Source: Candidatus Zixiibacteriota bacterium
GTDB lineage: Bacteria > Zixibacteria > MSB-5A5 > UM-FILTER-46-8
Direction: 5' to 3'
Length of the DNA: 64,000 bases
NCBI GenBank assembly: GCA_026983835.1
Contig: JALSTH010000116.1
Span: 16,362-80,361 of the forward strand
Shown: piece by piece, positions 9,105 to 19,808 of the stretch
Layout of the letters: each line of letters starts with the position of its first letter
Numbering within the stretch: position 1 is the first letter of the stretch
The notes under the pieces: model-generated
Databases searched by the model: none
Told to the model about the DNA's origin: nothing
What the model saw: the letters and a program-made list of their open reading frames with translations, nothing else
Translations under genes and position numbers: made by a program

Positions 9105-10292
9105 TCAAATTCTAAATAATACTTCTTCACGGTCGAATTGCCGCTTAGCTATGAAAACCGATAATGACGCCAATACGGCAGTCGATAAAAATACCAAGCC
9201 GATATAACCCCATTGAATGTTTCCCATAAGGGCTTCCTTCGCCACCAAACTGATATTGACGATTGGGACCAATGCTAACTTAAAATTTAGCTCGATGCCG
9301 GGGACAAATGAAATCATCGACGGTATGATCACAACCATCATTGCCGGCGTCAGATAGCTTTGTGCTTCTTTATAACTTTTTGCAAACAGGGAAATAGTCA
9401 TCAAGGTCGCGGAGAAAAGGCAGGATATCGGCAGCATCAAAAGTAAAAGCACAATAAAACTTAAGGGCTGTATCTTGAAAGCTATATCCGAACTTCCGGC
9501 CTCGAAATTCGCCATACCTATCTTCGCGGTTAGGGTGAGGGAAATCAAAGAAATCAAAGCAGTAATCATTGAGGCGGTGAAAATTGTCAGGAACTTGCCG
9601 GCAGCTATCTCCATCCTTGAAGCGGGTGAAGCAAGTATAGTTTCCAGTGTTCCTCTTTCCTTTTCCCCAGCCGTCAGATCAATAGCCGGATACATTGCGC
9701 CGACCATTGTTAAAATAATAATTATATAAGGGAGGAATATCGCTAAAGCGTAGCCGGACATCTTTTCTTCCGAAGCGACATTTTCCGTCCTTACAGAGAT
9801 CGGATTTAAAATATGGACATCCGCACCAAGAACCTTTAACCGTTCGGAGACAACGCTATCTTTAAAGGCGGCAATTGATTTGGTTATCCTATTCCGAGCG
9901 AATTGGGATTTTATTTCCGCCGCATCATAATAAATTTTCACAACCGCAGAATCTCCCATTTCCACCGCGGTCGCCGCCGATTCGGGGATAACTACCGCCG
10001 CTCCCAGAGATTTGTCCGCAATCGCCGATTTATAATCATCAACCGAAACAACTTCCAACCCATCGGTTGAAGCAATATATTCCGAGAGCCGCGGATAATT
10101 ATCGGCACCCTCGATAGCTATCTTATGGGTTTCCGCCTTTGTTTTCTTTAATTGGGAACCGACAATAGTGGACATACCGACGGTCATCAGCGGGATAAGG
10201 AGTAATGGCACAACAATCATCGAGATTAGTGTCCGCCTATCCCTTAAAACATCCAGGAATTCCTTTTTGTATATCGTTTTTACTTTGTTCAT
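9105..10292 (-). CDS. ABC-2 type transporter permease (NatB-like)
   Basis: RDRRT N-terminus, large extracytoplasmic loop, GEKERGTLETILASP motif, several TM helices. Confidence 0.9.
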   Translation of the reverse strand: MNKVKTIYKKEFLDVLRDRRTLISMIVVPLLLIPLMTVGMSTIVGSQLKKTKAETHKIAIEGADNYPRLSEYIASTDGLEVVSVDDYKSAIADKSLGAAVVIPESAATAVEMGDSAVVKIYYDAAEIKSQFARNRITKSIAAFKDSVVSERLKVLGADVHILNPISVRTENVASEEKMSGYALAIFLPYIIIILTMVGAMYPAIDLTAGEKERGTLETILASPASRMEIAAGKFLTIFTASMITALISLISLTLTAKIGMANFEAGSSDIAFKIQPLSFIVLLLLMLPISCLFSATLMTISLFAKSYKEAQSYLTPAMMVVIIPSMISFVPGIELNFKLALVPIVNISLVAKEALMGNIQWGYIGLVFLSTAVLASLSVFIAKRQFDREEVLFRI

Positions 10293-11026
10293 ATCACCTC
10301 GCGAATCGATTCGATAAATATATTATCGAGGTCTTCCATTCCCGTTTCGGAACGCATTTTATCTATACTGCCGGAACGGATCAGCTTGCCGCGATGAATA
10401 ATTATTATTTCATCGCAGACCTTTTGAGCTTCATACATCATATGCGTGGAAAATATGACCGCTCTGTTTTGAGATTTGGCTTCATAGATAAGCTGCACAA
10501 TATTCTCCGAAGCGATAATATCCAAACCAGCGGTAGGCTCATCCATTATAAGGACTTTGGGGTTATGCAGCATAGTGCGAGCTATAGAGACCTTTTGCTT
10601 TTGGCCGGTAGAAAGTTTGTCGATTTTGGTATCCAAAAACTCTTTCATATCGAGTTGTTCGGCGAACTTCTCCAATCGCTTATTGGATTCCTTCTTGGGA
10701 ATATCATACAGCTCGCCAAAATAACAAACCAACTCACGGGGAGTTAAGCGGCGATATAGTCCCGTATCCCCGGAAAGAAACCCTATCCTCTCTTTAGCCC
10801 TATCCGGTTTTTCCAAGATATTAATACCGTCGATAAACGCAGTTCCCGAAGTAGGCTTCAGCAGTGTAGCCAATATCCGAAGGGTCGTTGTTTTGCCTGC
10901 CCCGTTTAGTCCCAAAACTCCTAAAATCATCCCCGATTTACACTCGAAGGACAAATTATCAACAGCGATTATTTCTCCCCTCTTTTTATCCCTAAATATT
11001 TTAAGCAGAGATTCAACCTTTACCAA
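10289..11026 (-). CDS. ABC transporter ATP-binding protein (NatA-like)
   Basis: GLNGAGKTT, LSTGQKQK, DEPT, STH; 4-bp overlap with the permease. Confidence 0.93.
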   Translation of the reverse strand: MVKVESLLKIFRDKKRGEIIAVDNLSFECKSGMILGVLGLNGAGKTTTLRILATLLKPTSGTAFIDGINILEKPDRAKERIGFLSGDTGLYRRLTPRELVCYFGELYDIPKKESNKRLEKFAEQLDMKEFLDTKIDKLSTGQKQKVSIARTMLHNPKVLIMDEPTAGLDIIASENIVQLIYEAKSQNRAVIFSTHMMYEAQKVCDEIIIIHRGKLIRSGSIDKMRSETGMEDLDNIFIESIREVI

Positions 11027-11083
11027 CTCAACTTCCTTTTACCGTTTTTGGTGTTAATATAATATATAATATTCCAGTTGGAA

Positions 11084-12511
11084 TCAGCGGATTACTTTGG
11101 AGATTTGCAGTTTTTCCTGCCAGTCCTTCTCATATTTCTCCCCTTTGACATTGGAGTGGAACAAGCGATAATCCCCCTGCCCTTGAAAATCCACAAAAAC
11201 AAATATCCTCTCTCCGGGTTGGTCGGGTATGTTGTAATAATACCATACTTCATAAGGCCTCGTGTCAATCTCCAACGGGTGGGTTTCCCTCTGGCTGGGG
11301 GGACCGTAGAGTATAAAGACCCTTCCCATATCCGTCGCCCAACCTTCGCTATAACTTCTGCTGGCAAAAGCTTTATTGGCGAAATCCAAACGAGCATAAT
11401 GCTGAACTTCAAATTCATTATAACCATTGGTAGTGTCGGGGTCCCTATCCCGCCAAAACTTCTTCATAAAATTATTTTTTCCCTCGATATTCAGCTCGCC
11501 ATATATTTTAAGCTCCTCAGGCGAGGCGATGTATAATATCTCTTTCCTTACCAATTTAGCATCTTTTTCGTCTTTAATCCTCTCCGCCTCCGGATGCTTG
11601 CTGTAAAGCTTTCTGACGAGCGGATTGACTGCATAATATCCAGAGTGTTTGACTCTAAACCGCTTGGTCCTACTTACCTCATCCCTCGTTTCGAGGTCGG
11701 TTGCGGTTATTTGAAGTTTGTAAAATCCATCTGGCAGGGGATATGGATTGATGCCGTTCGATATAACCGCGGTACTTCCCGGTTTAGTAAAAGTTTTGGA
11801 GTAAAAATTCCTATACAAATTTCCGGCGTCATCCAATACTTTCACATCGACCCTAAATTTCCCAATCGTATCCGGGCTGTATGCCATATTATGTAACTCG
11901 GCATAGAAAAAAAGGAAATTCTCCTCTGGAATTACCACCCTCGAAGCATTGGGGATAACCAATGTCCCATCCTTAGCCGACGGCACATTCGAGGTGTCCG
12001 GATTTAATGTGTAAGCCAACTCGATTTGAGAAAGTTTAATCCCATCCCCACTGAAATCAGGGATGGATATCCTCTTTTTAATCCTACCATTGACCCCGGA
12101 GTTGACATCATTAATACCAACGGTTAAATAATAATCACCCGGATCTACATATGCCGGAACGGTGTCGAAGAATTTATACTCTTCGTTATTTAATTCCTTT
12201 AAGTCCCTTATCGATGTTATTCCTCTCCAACTGACCTCATCGATGGAATCTCCGGCGATTGAATCGAGCCTCATTGTAATATCCATCGCCGCTTCGTATA
12301 AACTATCACCTTTGGGGATAAATCTAAGCTGGTGTCTCGGAAAGGTATAATAGACCTCCAATAAAGTTTGATGCGGATTGTCGCTTTCCGGATAGCAAGC
12401 CGTATCCACATTAAGCGCTAATTCCGTTTGAGCCTTTAAGGTATTCGTGATAAATATTGAAATAAATAATATTAGAATTACCTTTAAAAATGTTTTTTTA
12501 ATAATAAACAT
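11084..12511 (-). CDS. GWxTD domain-containing secreted protein
   Basis: Signal peptide; FW..RDPD, GWATDMGRVFILYGPP, EVWYY; start placed at the ATG after GGAG. Confidence 0.88.
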   Translation of the reverse strand: MFIIKKTFLKVILILFISIFITNTLKAQTELALNVDTACYPESDNPHQTLLEVYYTFPRHQLRFIPKGDSLYEAAMDITMRLDSIAGDSIDEVSWRGITSIRDLKELNNEEYKFFDTVPAYVDPGDYYLTVGINDVNSGVNGRIKKRISIPDFSGDGIKLSQIELAYTLNPDTSNVPSAKDGTLVIPNASRVVIPEENFLFFYAELHNMAYSPDTIGKFRVDVKVLDDAGNLYRNFYSKTFTKPGSTAVISNGINPYPLPDGFYKLQITATDLETRDEVSRTKRFRVKHSGYYAVNPLVRKLYSKHPEAERIKDEKDAKLVRKEILYIASPEELKIYGELNIEGKNNFMKKFWRDRDPDTTNGYNEFEVQHYARLDFANKAFASRSYSEGWATDMGRVFILYGPPSQRETHPLEIDTRPYEVWYYYNIPDQPGERIFVFVDFQGQGDYRLFHSNVKGEKYEKDWQEKLQISKVIR

Positions 12512-12525
12512 ATAATCTCCTTCGG

Positions 12526-13863
12526 TCACTGTATCTTAAGACCTTCCGAAAATGGGTCCGCCAATTCATAGGAACCAAACCCAGTCCTATCAACAAAGAT
12601 AAATTTTCTGTGGTAACGATAATAATACCATATCTCATAAGGTATGCTATCCATCTCGAACGGGTGGCGCTCAATCTCTTCGGGTTTACCATAAGTTATA
12701 TAAATCCGCCCGAAATCGGTCAAATATCCGGGCCTGCCGTATCCCGAGAAATTATTATTGGCGTATTTCACACGGGAATAATATTCATCATGAAGCTCAT
12801 TCTCCGGAGTGGAAGGAGTCGGATCGTGTCTTTTCCAGAAATCTCTAATAGCCTCCAACCTTCTGTCTTTAGGGACCTTTTTCAGGGAATCCCTTTCGGC
12901 GGCGGTGGCGATATATCTCAACTCATCGACTGCGGTCTTATAATCATTCTCCACCAAAGTCTTTAATGACCACCCGATTTCGAAATCCGCTTTTCTCTCG
13001 GCAAATTTCTTTTTAAGGGCGGTATCCCACAACTCGATGTCCAGTATATATTCTCCCGGCGGCAGCTGGCTTATATGCAACCTTTCGATAACGGGCTTTA
13101 CACCTTCGGTGGTATCCTGCAAAACCACCTCTTCCATCTGAGAATACATACCCCCTTTTTGAGTGCTTATAATCCTATATTTTGCTTTTAGTATATCGGG
13201 GGTATTTTTGCTCGGATATATCTCATAATAAAATTCCGGTGCGTCGCTTTCGCTATCGAACGATCTCGAAACCAAAGGGATTACCCGTTCCCCATATTTC
13301 GTGAAATTATTTTCCAAGATATCGGATTGGGGAACATTCCCTTGCACAAATTCCACCCCGGAGATAATCATCCTTTTTCCATAACTTTTCAGATCGATTT
13401 TAATTATATGTTTATTTTGACTATTGGATATCTTGTCTGTCAGCAGAAACTCTATGGAATATTGTTGGCGAGGCAGGTTGAAAACTTGTTTTTCCAATAT
13501 AGCAGGCGATTTTTTGACATCCCTTAAGCTCTCCTTATCATTCTCTAATTTATTATCCCAGCTTTTACCGGTAATCTGTTTACCATGCTTATCTCGGATA
13601 ATGATTGCAAATTCATACTTCGAAATCTCTTTTCCGTCCTGAATAATAGTATAAAGCGATTTCAGGGGTATCTTAGCATACAATTCGATATTATACTTTG
13701 AATTATTGCCCAAATCCATAAATACCGCATAGTCAACCGCGAAGTGAGGAGTGCCTATCGGCTCCTCTTTGAATTGGTCGTGCCGCTTGGCGCCGGAAGA
13801 TCCCAATAGTAGAAGCGATACTCCCAAAAGAATTAATACGATTTTCAATTTTGCCGTTATCAT
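12526..13863 (-). CDS. GWxTD domain-containing secreted protein (GYLTD variant)
   Basis: Signal peptide; FWKRHDPTPSTPENE, GYLTDFGRIYITYGKP, EIWYY. Confidence 0.88.
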   Translation of the reverse strand: MITAKLKIVLILLGVSLLLLGSSGAKRHDQFKEEPIGTPHFAVDYAVFMDLGNNSKYNIELYAKIPLKSLYTIIQDGKEISKYEFAIIIRDKHGKQITGKSWDNKLENDKESLRDVKKSPAILEKQVFNLPRQQYSIEFLLTDKISNSQNKHIIKIDLKSYGKRMIISGVEFVQGNVPQSDILENNFTKYGERVIPLVSRSFDSESDAPEFYYEIYPSKNTPDILKAKYRIISTQKGGMYSQMEEVVLQDTTEGVKPVIERLHISQLPPGEYILDIELWDTALKKKFAERKADFEIGWSLKTLVENDYKTAVDELRYIATAAERDSLKKVPKDRRLEAIRDFWKRHDPTPSTPENELHDEYYSRVKYANNNFSGYGRPGYLTDFGRIYITYGKPEEIERHPFEMDSIPYEIWYYYRYHRKFIFVDRTGFGSYELADPFSEGLKIQ

Positions 13864-14007
13864 CTTCTCTACCCTCGACCCGGAAAGAAAATCTGTCCGA
13901 AATAAAAACATAACCCAGCTTTATAATTTAACGCCGACAAACCGATTTTGTGTCTATATTTTTAATATATCATACCATCGGTCATATACAAATTAAATTA
14001 TTGTTTT

Positions 14008-15252
14008 CTATTCATATCGCAGAGCTTCGATCGGGTTGAGGCGGGCGGCCCGAGTAGCGGGATATATTCCGAAAAATAAACCAACACCAACGGAAAAACT
14101 AAAACCTATTATAACCGAAGGGATAGAGATTGCGGCGGATAAAGGGGTTGTGGCACTTACTATTGCAGCGATCGCAAAACCGAACATTATCCCCAATAAT
14201 CCCCCAACTCCGGTCATCGCCATAGCCTCGATTAAAAATTGCCATAAAATATCTTTCCGTCTTGCGCCGATAGCTTTTCTTATCCCTATTTCCCGAGTGC
14301 GTTCGGTTACCGAGACAAGCATTATATTCATCACCCCAACCCCTCCGACCAATAGCGCGATGGAGGAGATTATAATCAGCACTATATAGATGGCATCGGT
14401 AATCTGATGATAAATATCCAATAAAGCATCCTGAGTAAAAACAGCAAAATCATTGGGTTTATCGTAAGGGACACCTCTTCGCCTGCGGAGGAGTTCGGTT
14501 ATCTCATCGATCGCTTGCGGTATCAAATCCGGAGATTTCGCCTCCGCTCCTATCCACACTCCTTCATCAGCAGGGTGAATTTTTAGATATGTTGTCATCG
14601 GTATTAAAATAAAATTATCCAATGACTGTCCTAACAACGCTTTTCGTTTTTTCACCACACCGATTACGGAGAATTTATGATTATTAACCGTTATAATTTC
14701 ACCGAGGGGATCGGAATATGGAAACAATACCTCCGCAATATCAGCCCCCAAAACAGCTGTGTAAGTTTTATAACGCATATCGGTTTGATTAATAAATCGC
14801 CCGGCGGAAAGAGTCAGAGTATATACAAGCTGATTATCCGGAAGCACCCCCTCCAATTGAAAGCGTTTAACTTCATTGTTCTTATATTTCACCGAATTCC
14901 CGTCGGGTGGCTGCCACCAGATTTTGGAAACAGCGACAGCTTCTATCGACGGACAGTAATTCTTAATCGCAAACCCATCCTCCAAAGTCAGATGTTTACG
15001 ATTTCGCTCTTCCTCATTCCTCATCCCTAATTGGATTCCCGGTTTATAGCGGGATACATATATGGCATTTGAACCGAAGGACTCAATCTGTTCAGCCATA
15101 CTATTATTTAACCCCTGAATAATACTTACCATCCCGATAACCGCGGTAACACCTATAAACACCCCCAAAATAGTTAAAAAGGAGCGCATCTTATTGGCCA
15201 CCATAGCTCCCCAAGCCAAGAGGATGCTGTCGGTTATTTCACTAAGTCTCAT
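14008..15252 (-). CDS. MacB/YknZ-like ABC transporter permease
   Basis: RSFLTILG, periplasmic MacB domain, GGVGVMNIMLVSVTERTREIGIRKAIGA, C-terminal PIEALRYE. Confidence 0.95.
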   Translation of the reverse strand: MRLSEITDSILLAWGAMVANKMRSFLTILGVFIGVTAVIGMVSIIQGLNNSMAEQIESFGSNAIYVSRYKPGIQLGMRNEEERNRKHLTLEDGFAIKNYCPSIEAVAVSKIWWQPPDGNSVKYKNNEVKRFQLEGVLPDNQLVYTLTLSAGRFINQTDMRYKTYTAVLGADIAEVLFPYSDPLGEIITVNNHKFSVIGVVKKRKALLGQSLDNFILIPMTTYLKIHPADEGVWIGAEAKSPDLIPQAIDEITELLRRRRGVPYDKPNDFAVFTQDALLDIYHQITDAIYIVLIIISSIALLVGGVGVMNIMLVSVTERTREIGIRKAIGARRKDILWQFLIEAMAMTGVGGLLGIMFGFAIAAIVSATTPLSAAISIPSVIIGFSFSVGVGLFFGIYPATRAARLNPIEALRYE

Positions 15253-15254
15253 AA

Positions 15255-16478
15255 CTATTCATACCTCAAGGCTACAATGGGGTCAAGCCTTGCCGCTTTC
15301 ATAGCCGGGTATATTCCAAAGAATAAACCGATCGCACTCGATATACCTACCCCCGCCAGTACCGACCACAACTCCACCGAGGACGGAATAGGAGTAGCAG
15401 ACGCAACCAATAACGAAACTCCCGCTCCGCATAAAATTCCAAGTATTCCGCTTACGAGGGATAGGGTCAGCGACTCGACCAAAAACTGCCACATTATGTC
15501 CCGCCTCTTTGCACCAACTGCCTTACGAATACCTATCTCACGGGTTCTATCGGTAACGGCTACCAACATTATATTCATTATTACAATTCCGCCCACAATC
15601 AACGAAATAGATGAAACCCCGACTAAAACTATCCAAGCAATTCTGGTAAAATTCTGAAACATATCGATTAAACCTTCCGAGGTCATCATATCGAAATCGT
15701 CCGGCTCGGAATATTTGATATGATGGCGCGAGCGCAAAACAACTCTTGCTTCATCCATAGCATCTTCCATCCTGCTGTAGCTTGAGGCTTTGGCAAAAAT
15801 CACAATAGTCTCCTGATTTGAAAAGTACTTCTCATAAGTCGTCAACGGAATAACCACCCAATTATCGGCATTTACTCCAAATGTGGATCCTTTCGGTTTA
15901 GCCACCCCGATAATGGTGAAATAATACCCGTTTATTTTAATATTCCTACCGATAGGATCTATTCCCGGAAAAAGATTGTCCACAACATCAGGTCCCACTA
16001 TCGCCATCGACCTCCTCTTCTGGGCATCGGATTTGGTGAAACTCCTCCCATAATCGATATCATAATCCGTAACTTCGAGGAAATTGGGCGTAACTCCTTG
16101 AAGGAAAGTACCGCCAATACTTAAATTTCGTCGTTTTACGGTAATAATAATTTTTCTCGTTGCGCCACCAACCATCGCACAATCTTCGCAGTTCTTGGCA
16201 ATTGCGCTTATATCGGCGGCGACCAAATCCTTTCTTTTTTGCGCCTTGAAATAATCCTCTTCCGAAGTGATAACCCCATATTTATCTATTATGAAAGTTG
16301 ATGAGCCCATCGCATTTATAGTCCCCGAGACATAGTTATTCATCCCATTGATAACCGAGACAATCGCTATCAAAGTCATTACCCCGATAATCATCCCTAT
16401 AAGCGTTAAGATAGATCTTAATTTATTGGCGAATAAAGATTGGAAGGCAATCCTTACGCTTTCCCACACCCGCCGCAT
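15255..16478 (-). CDS. MacB/YknZ-like ABC transporter permease (paralogue)
   Basis: RSILTLIG, GGIVIMNIMLVAVTDRTREIGIRKAVGA, PIVALRYE. Confidence 0.95.
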   Translation of the reverse strand: MRRVWESVRIAFQSLFANKLRSILTLIGMIIGVMTLIAIVSVINGMNNYVSGTINAMGSSTFIIDKYGVITSEEDYFKAQKRKDLVAADISAIAKNCEDCAMVGGATRKIIITVKRRNLSIGGTFLQGVTPNFLEVTDYDIDYGRSFTKSDAQKRRSMAIVGPDVVDNLFPGIDPIGRNIKINGYYFTIIGVAKPKGSTFGVNADNWVVIPLTTYEKYFSNQETIVIFAKASSYSRMEDAMDEARVVLRSRHHIKYSEPDDFDMMTSEGLIDMFQNFTRIAWIVLVGVSSISLIVGGIVIMNIMLVAVTDRTREIGIRKAVGAKRRDIMWQFLVESLTLSLVSGILGILCGAGVSLLVASATPIPSSVELWSVLAGVGISSAIGLFFGIYPAMKAARLDPIVALRYE

Positions 16479-16480
16479 AG

Positions 16481-17158
16481 CTATTTCCTTACCACTTTCT
16501 CTATTTTCCCATCCCGCAGATATATTATCCTTTGGGTGTAATCAGCTATTTCCTGCTCGTGGGTAACCACAATAATCGTATTGCCTTGATCGTGGATCTT
16601 ACCGAATACTTCCATAATCTCGCGGCTGACTTTGGAATCCAGATTTCCGGTAGGTTCATCAGCTAAAATAATGGACGGCTCGTTAACCAATGCCCGAGCG
16701 ATAGCCACCCTCTGCCTTTGTCCTCCGGATAATTCACTGGGCTTATGATTTATTCGGTCCGCCAAATCGACCATCGCCAAAGCTCTTTTAGCCTTCTCCA
16801 TCCTGTCCTTGCTCCCATTACCGCTGTAAATGAGGGGCAACTCGACATTATGAAGGGCGGTTGCCCGGGGAAGCAAGTTATAGGCTTGGAATACGAACCC
16901 TATCTCTTTATTCCGAATAAACGCTAACTCATCATCATTCATCTTAGAAACAGCCTTGCCATTAAGTATGTATTCTCCCTTAGTTGGCGTATCCAAACAA
17001 CCGATTAGATTCATCAAAGTTGATTTCCCCGAACCGGAAGGTCCCATAATAGCAAAATATTCCCCCTTTTCAACTTCCAAATCTATTCCCCGTAATGCGT
17101 GGACATCCTCGGATCCGACGCGATAAGTTTTCCAAAGATTTCTCGTGATAATAAGCAA
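16481..17158 (-). CDS. MacB/LolD-type ABC ATP-binding protein
   Basis: [37 protein letters not shown]. Confidence 0.96.
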   Translation of the reverse strand: MLIITRNLWKTYRVGSEDVHALRGIDLEVEKGEYFAIMGPSGSGKSTLMNLIGCLDTPTKGEYILNGKAVSKMNDDELAFIRNKEIGFVFQAYNLLPRATALHNVELPLIYSGNGSKDRMEKAKRALAMVDLADRINHKPSELSGGQRQRVAIARALVNEPSIILADEPTGNLDSKVSREIMEVFGKIHDQGNTIIVVTHEQEIADYTQRIIYLRDGKIEKVVRK

Positions 17159-17170
17159 AGCTTTCCTCTG

Positions 17171-18406
17171 TTATTTTTTATTTTTCGGTTTCTTAATTGG
17201 TTTGACGAAATCGCCGTCATTTAAACTCCTGAGGATTTTGAAACTTCCGATAATTATGCTGTCACCGACGGAAACCCCTTTCTTTATTTCGATATTCTGT
17301 TGGTCCGCTATCCCCGTCTTTACGGAAACAAATTTAGCGACCCCATCTCTTACGACGAAGACACCTTCAACAGCTTCTTTTTTCCCTTTGGTTTTTAAAT
17401 TTTTCTCAGCGGAGGTTTTGTCGATATTTGATTTTGCATCGCCTTCGGAGGTGGAATCTTCGGGGGGAATTCTCATCACAACCGCTTGTATTGGGATATA
17501 AACCACCCCTTTATGTTCAGCGGTGATAATATCCACTGTCGCAGTCATCCCGGGCCTAATCCCATCTATCGGCTTTAGGATTTGAATCGTTACCAAGAAA
17601 TTTACCACCTGATCCTGCGACCCCAATCCCATCCCTTTGGCGGAGTTTCCAATTTCCGTTACGACTCCCTCGATGGTGGTATCGGGGAATGCATCGAGCT
17701 TGATATTTACTCTTTCCCCCAATTTTATGGAAGCGATATCGGTTTCATCGACATCCGCCTTTATTTCGATTTGGGATAAGTCGGATACCGTCATTATAAT
17801 CGTCCCCGGATTATTCATAGTACCGATTACAACATTTTCGCCTTCCTCAGAATTGAGCACGGTGATAATCCCATCAATAGGGGAACGAATTGTGGTTTTG
17901 CTTAATTGGTCTTTCGCCTGCCGTAGGCTTGCCTCGGCTTGAGCGACCTGCCCTTGTGCCGAAAGCAGATCACTGTAGGATAGGTCGAATTCCTCTTTGG
18001 AAATCAGCTTCTTCTCATAAAGTCCCTTGTTTCTATTGTATGCCAATTGAGCTTTATTTAAAAGAGCCTTAGCCGAAGTCAGTGAAGCTTCAGCACGGGC
18101 GACATCGGCTTCATATGTTGCGGGATCGATTTGAACCAATAGGTCCCCCGCCTTGACTTTTTGACCCTCGACGACCGGTAGCTTGATAATTCTGCCCATT
18201 ACATCGGCGGAAACTTTAACTTCTTTTTTGGCTTCCACATGACCGGTAGCTGTTACAATGGCTGTAATGTCTCCTTTTTTAGCTTCCTCGACTTTAACCG
18301 ATTTCCTTTCCACCCTATTGCTCTTTACCACATAAACCACCAACACCGCTAATACAACCACTCCCAATACTCCGATAATAATTTTCTTCTTCTTTGATTT
18401 CGCCAT
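17171..18406 (-). CDS. Periplasmic adaptor (MFP, MacA/YknX-like)
   Basis: N-terminal TM anchor, lipoyl halves (V.EGQKVKAGDLL / IRSPIDG), coiled coil, RPGMTA. Confidence 0.93.
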   Translation of the reverse strand: MAKSKKKKIIIGVLGVVVLAVLVVYVVKSNRVERKSVKVEEAKKGDITAIVTATGHVEAKKEVKVSADVMGRIIKLPVVEGQKVKAGDLLVQIDPATYEADVARAEASLTSAKALLNKAQLAYNRNKGLYEKKLISKEEFDLSYSDLLSAQGQVAQAEASLRQAKDQLSKTTIRSPIDGIITVLNSEEGENVVIGTMNNPGTIIMTVSDLSQIEIKADVDETDIASIKLGERVNIKLDAFPDTTIEGVVTEIGNSAKGMGLGSQDQVVNFLVTIQILKPIDGIRPGMTATVDIITAEHKGVVYIPIQAVVMRIPPEDSTSEGDAKSNIDKTSAEKNLKTKGKKEAVEGVFVVRDGVAKFVSVKTGIADQQNIEIKKGVSVGDSIIIGSFKILRSLNDGDFVKPIKKPKNKK

Positions 18407-18447
18407 ATCTTAACTCCGTGCTATTCTATTTGCAACAGGGATATTAT

Positions 18448-19788
18448 TTATAACCCTATAGCCTTTTCAAGTTGGCTGACCGCAAGGTTGTAGTCATACA
18501 GCGCTTGAATATGATTTGCCTCAGCCTGTTTATAACTAACTTCGGCGTCGATTAAATCCAGAATTGTCGCTGCCCCCAAAGTATATTTCTCTTTAACAAT
18601 ATTGTAATCCTCTTCTGCGGATTTGCGGGATTCCTCAGTCAATTTCATATTTTCTCTGGATTTCTGGATACCGAGATAAGCCTGCATAACCTCCAAAGCA
18701 ACCGCATTCCGAACGGAATGAAAATTATCCTCCGCCATTTTATATGCTATTTTCGAGGAATTATATTGAGCTTTTGTCTGAAACCCCTCGAATATATTGA
18801 AATTCAGTGTCCCGGTGATGTTCCATTGATAATTCTCATCAAATATTTTCCCCAAATGGAGACTTTCATCGTTCCAAGCATAAGATCCCCTAACAGATAG
18901 GGACGGCAACCAACCTCCCCTGGCGGATAATTTTCGGTACTTCGCAGTTTTTAAATCCTGTGAAGCTTGCAGAAGGATCGGTTGTCTTTCCAAAGCGGCT
19001 TTATATGCAGACTCATAATCATAATTGACCTTTGGGGTTGTAAACTCATCCACAGGTTCAATATCCGAATCTATAGGTCTGTTTAGAATATTATTCAAAT
19101 CGGCTTTCGCTAAATTGTATGTATTTTTCGCATCTACCAAATCCAATTTGTCTTGACCATATTGGACTTTGGCTTTTAAGACATCGGATATGGAGGCAGC
19201 CCCCAATTCATATCTGCTTTGTGCATATTTCAACTGCTCCTCACCCCTTTTCACCCCATCCTTACGGACATCCACCATCATTTTGGCTTTCAACAAGTTA
19301 TAGTATTTCTCCTTGACGCTGTATATAATATCCTTTTCCGTTTTGATATATTGATAACGCTTTGACTCCTTATCCGCTTTTGCACTATAAATATTATAGA
19401 TATTCGCCCCACCGTTGAAAATAGTCTCGCTTAATGATATGCCTGCGGAATAGCTTTTGCTGACAGAGATGCCGGTGGAAGCATTGACAAAACGACTTGT
19501 ATTCTGATCCCAACGGAGATAACCGGTAGGGCCTATTACCGTTCTCGAACCGCTTATCCAAGAATCTATACGGGGTAAAATCCCGCTATAGGATTGCCAG
19601 ACATTTTCCTTTGAAGATCGATAACTGTTATATGCGGAGCGAAGTTCCAAATTCCCTTTTTTCGCTAAAGCAATACATTCTTCTAATGTCAGCTTTTCGG
19701 CTCGAACGAAGCCGACCACACCACCCACAAAACCAAATACTATTATAAGGGATATTGTAATTCTAAGGAGCTTAAAGGATTTTTGCAT
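18448..19788 (-). CDS. tolC: TolC-family outer-membrane efflux protein
   Basis: Signal peptide, LTLEECIALA, two repeats ending RYELG/KYTLG, LEKAIG C-terminus. Confidence 0.92.
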   Translation of the reverse strand: MQKSFKLLRITISLIIVFGFVGGVVGFVRAEKLTLEECIALAKKGNLELRSAYNSYRSSKENVWQSYSGILPRIDSWISGSRTVIGPTGYLRWDQNTSRFVNASTGISVSKSYSAGISLSETIFNGGANIYNIYSAKADKESKRYQYIKTEKDIIYSVKEKYYNLLKAKMMVDVRKDGVKRGEEQLKYAQSRYELGAASISDVLKAKVQYGQDKLDLVDAKNTYNLAKADLNNILNRPIDSDIEPVDEFTTPKVNYDYESAYKAALERQPILLQASQDLKTAKYRKLSARGGWLPSLSVRGSYAWNDESLHLGKIFDENYQWNITGTLNFNIFEGFQTKAQYNSSKIAYKMAEDNFHSVRNAVALEVMQAYLGIQKSRENMKLTEESRKSAEEDYNIVKEKYTLGAATILDLIDAEVSYKQAEANHIQALYDYNLAVSQLEKAIGL

Positions 19789-19808
19789 AGAGTTCTCCTA
19801 TATAATCT

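Noticed and set aside
8477-9115. 212-aa plus-strand ORF, and similar long shadow ORFs (10205-10747, 51066-51722, 55698-56306)
   Set aside because: Antisense to well-supported genes, with no recognisable motifs or ribosome-binding sites
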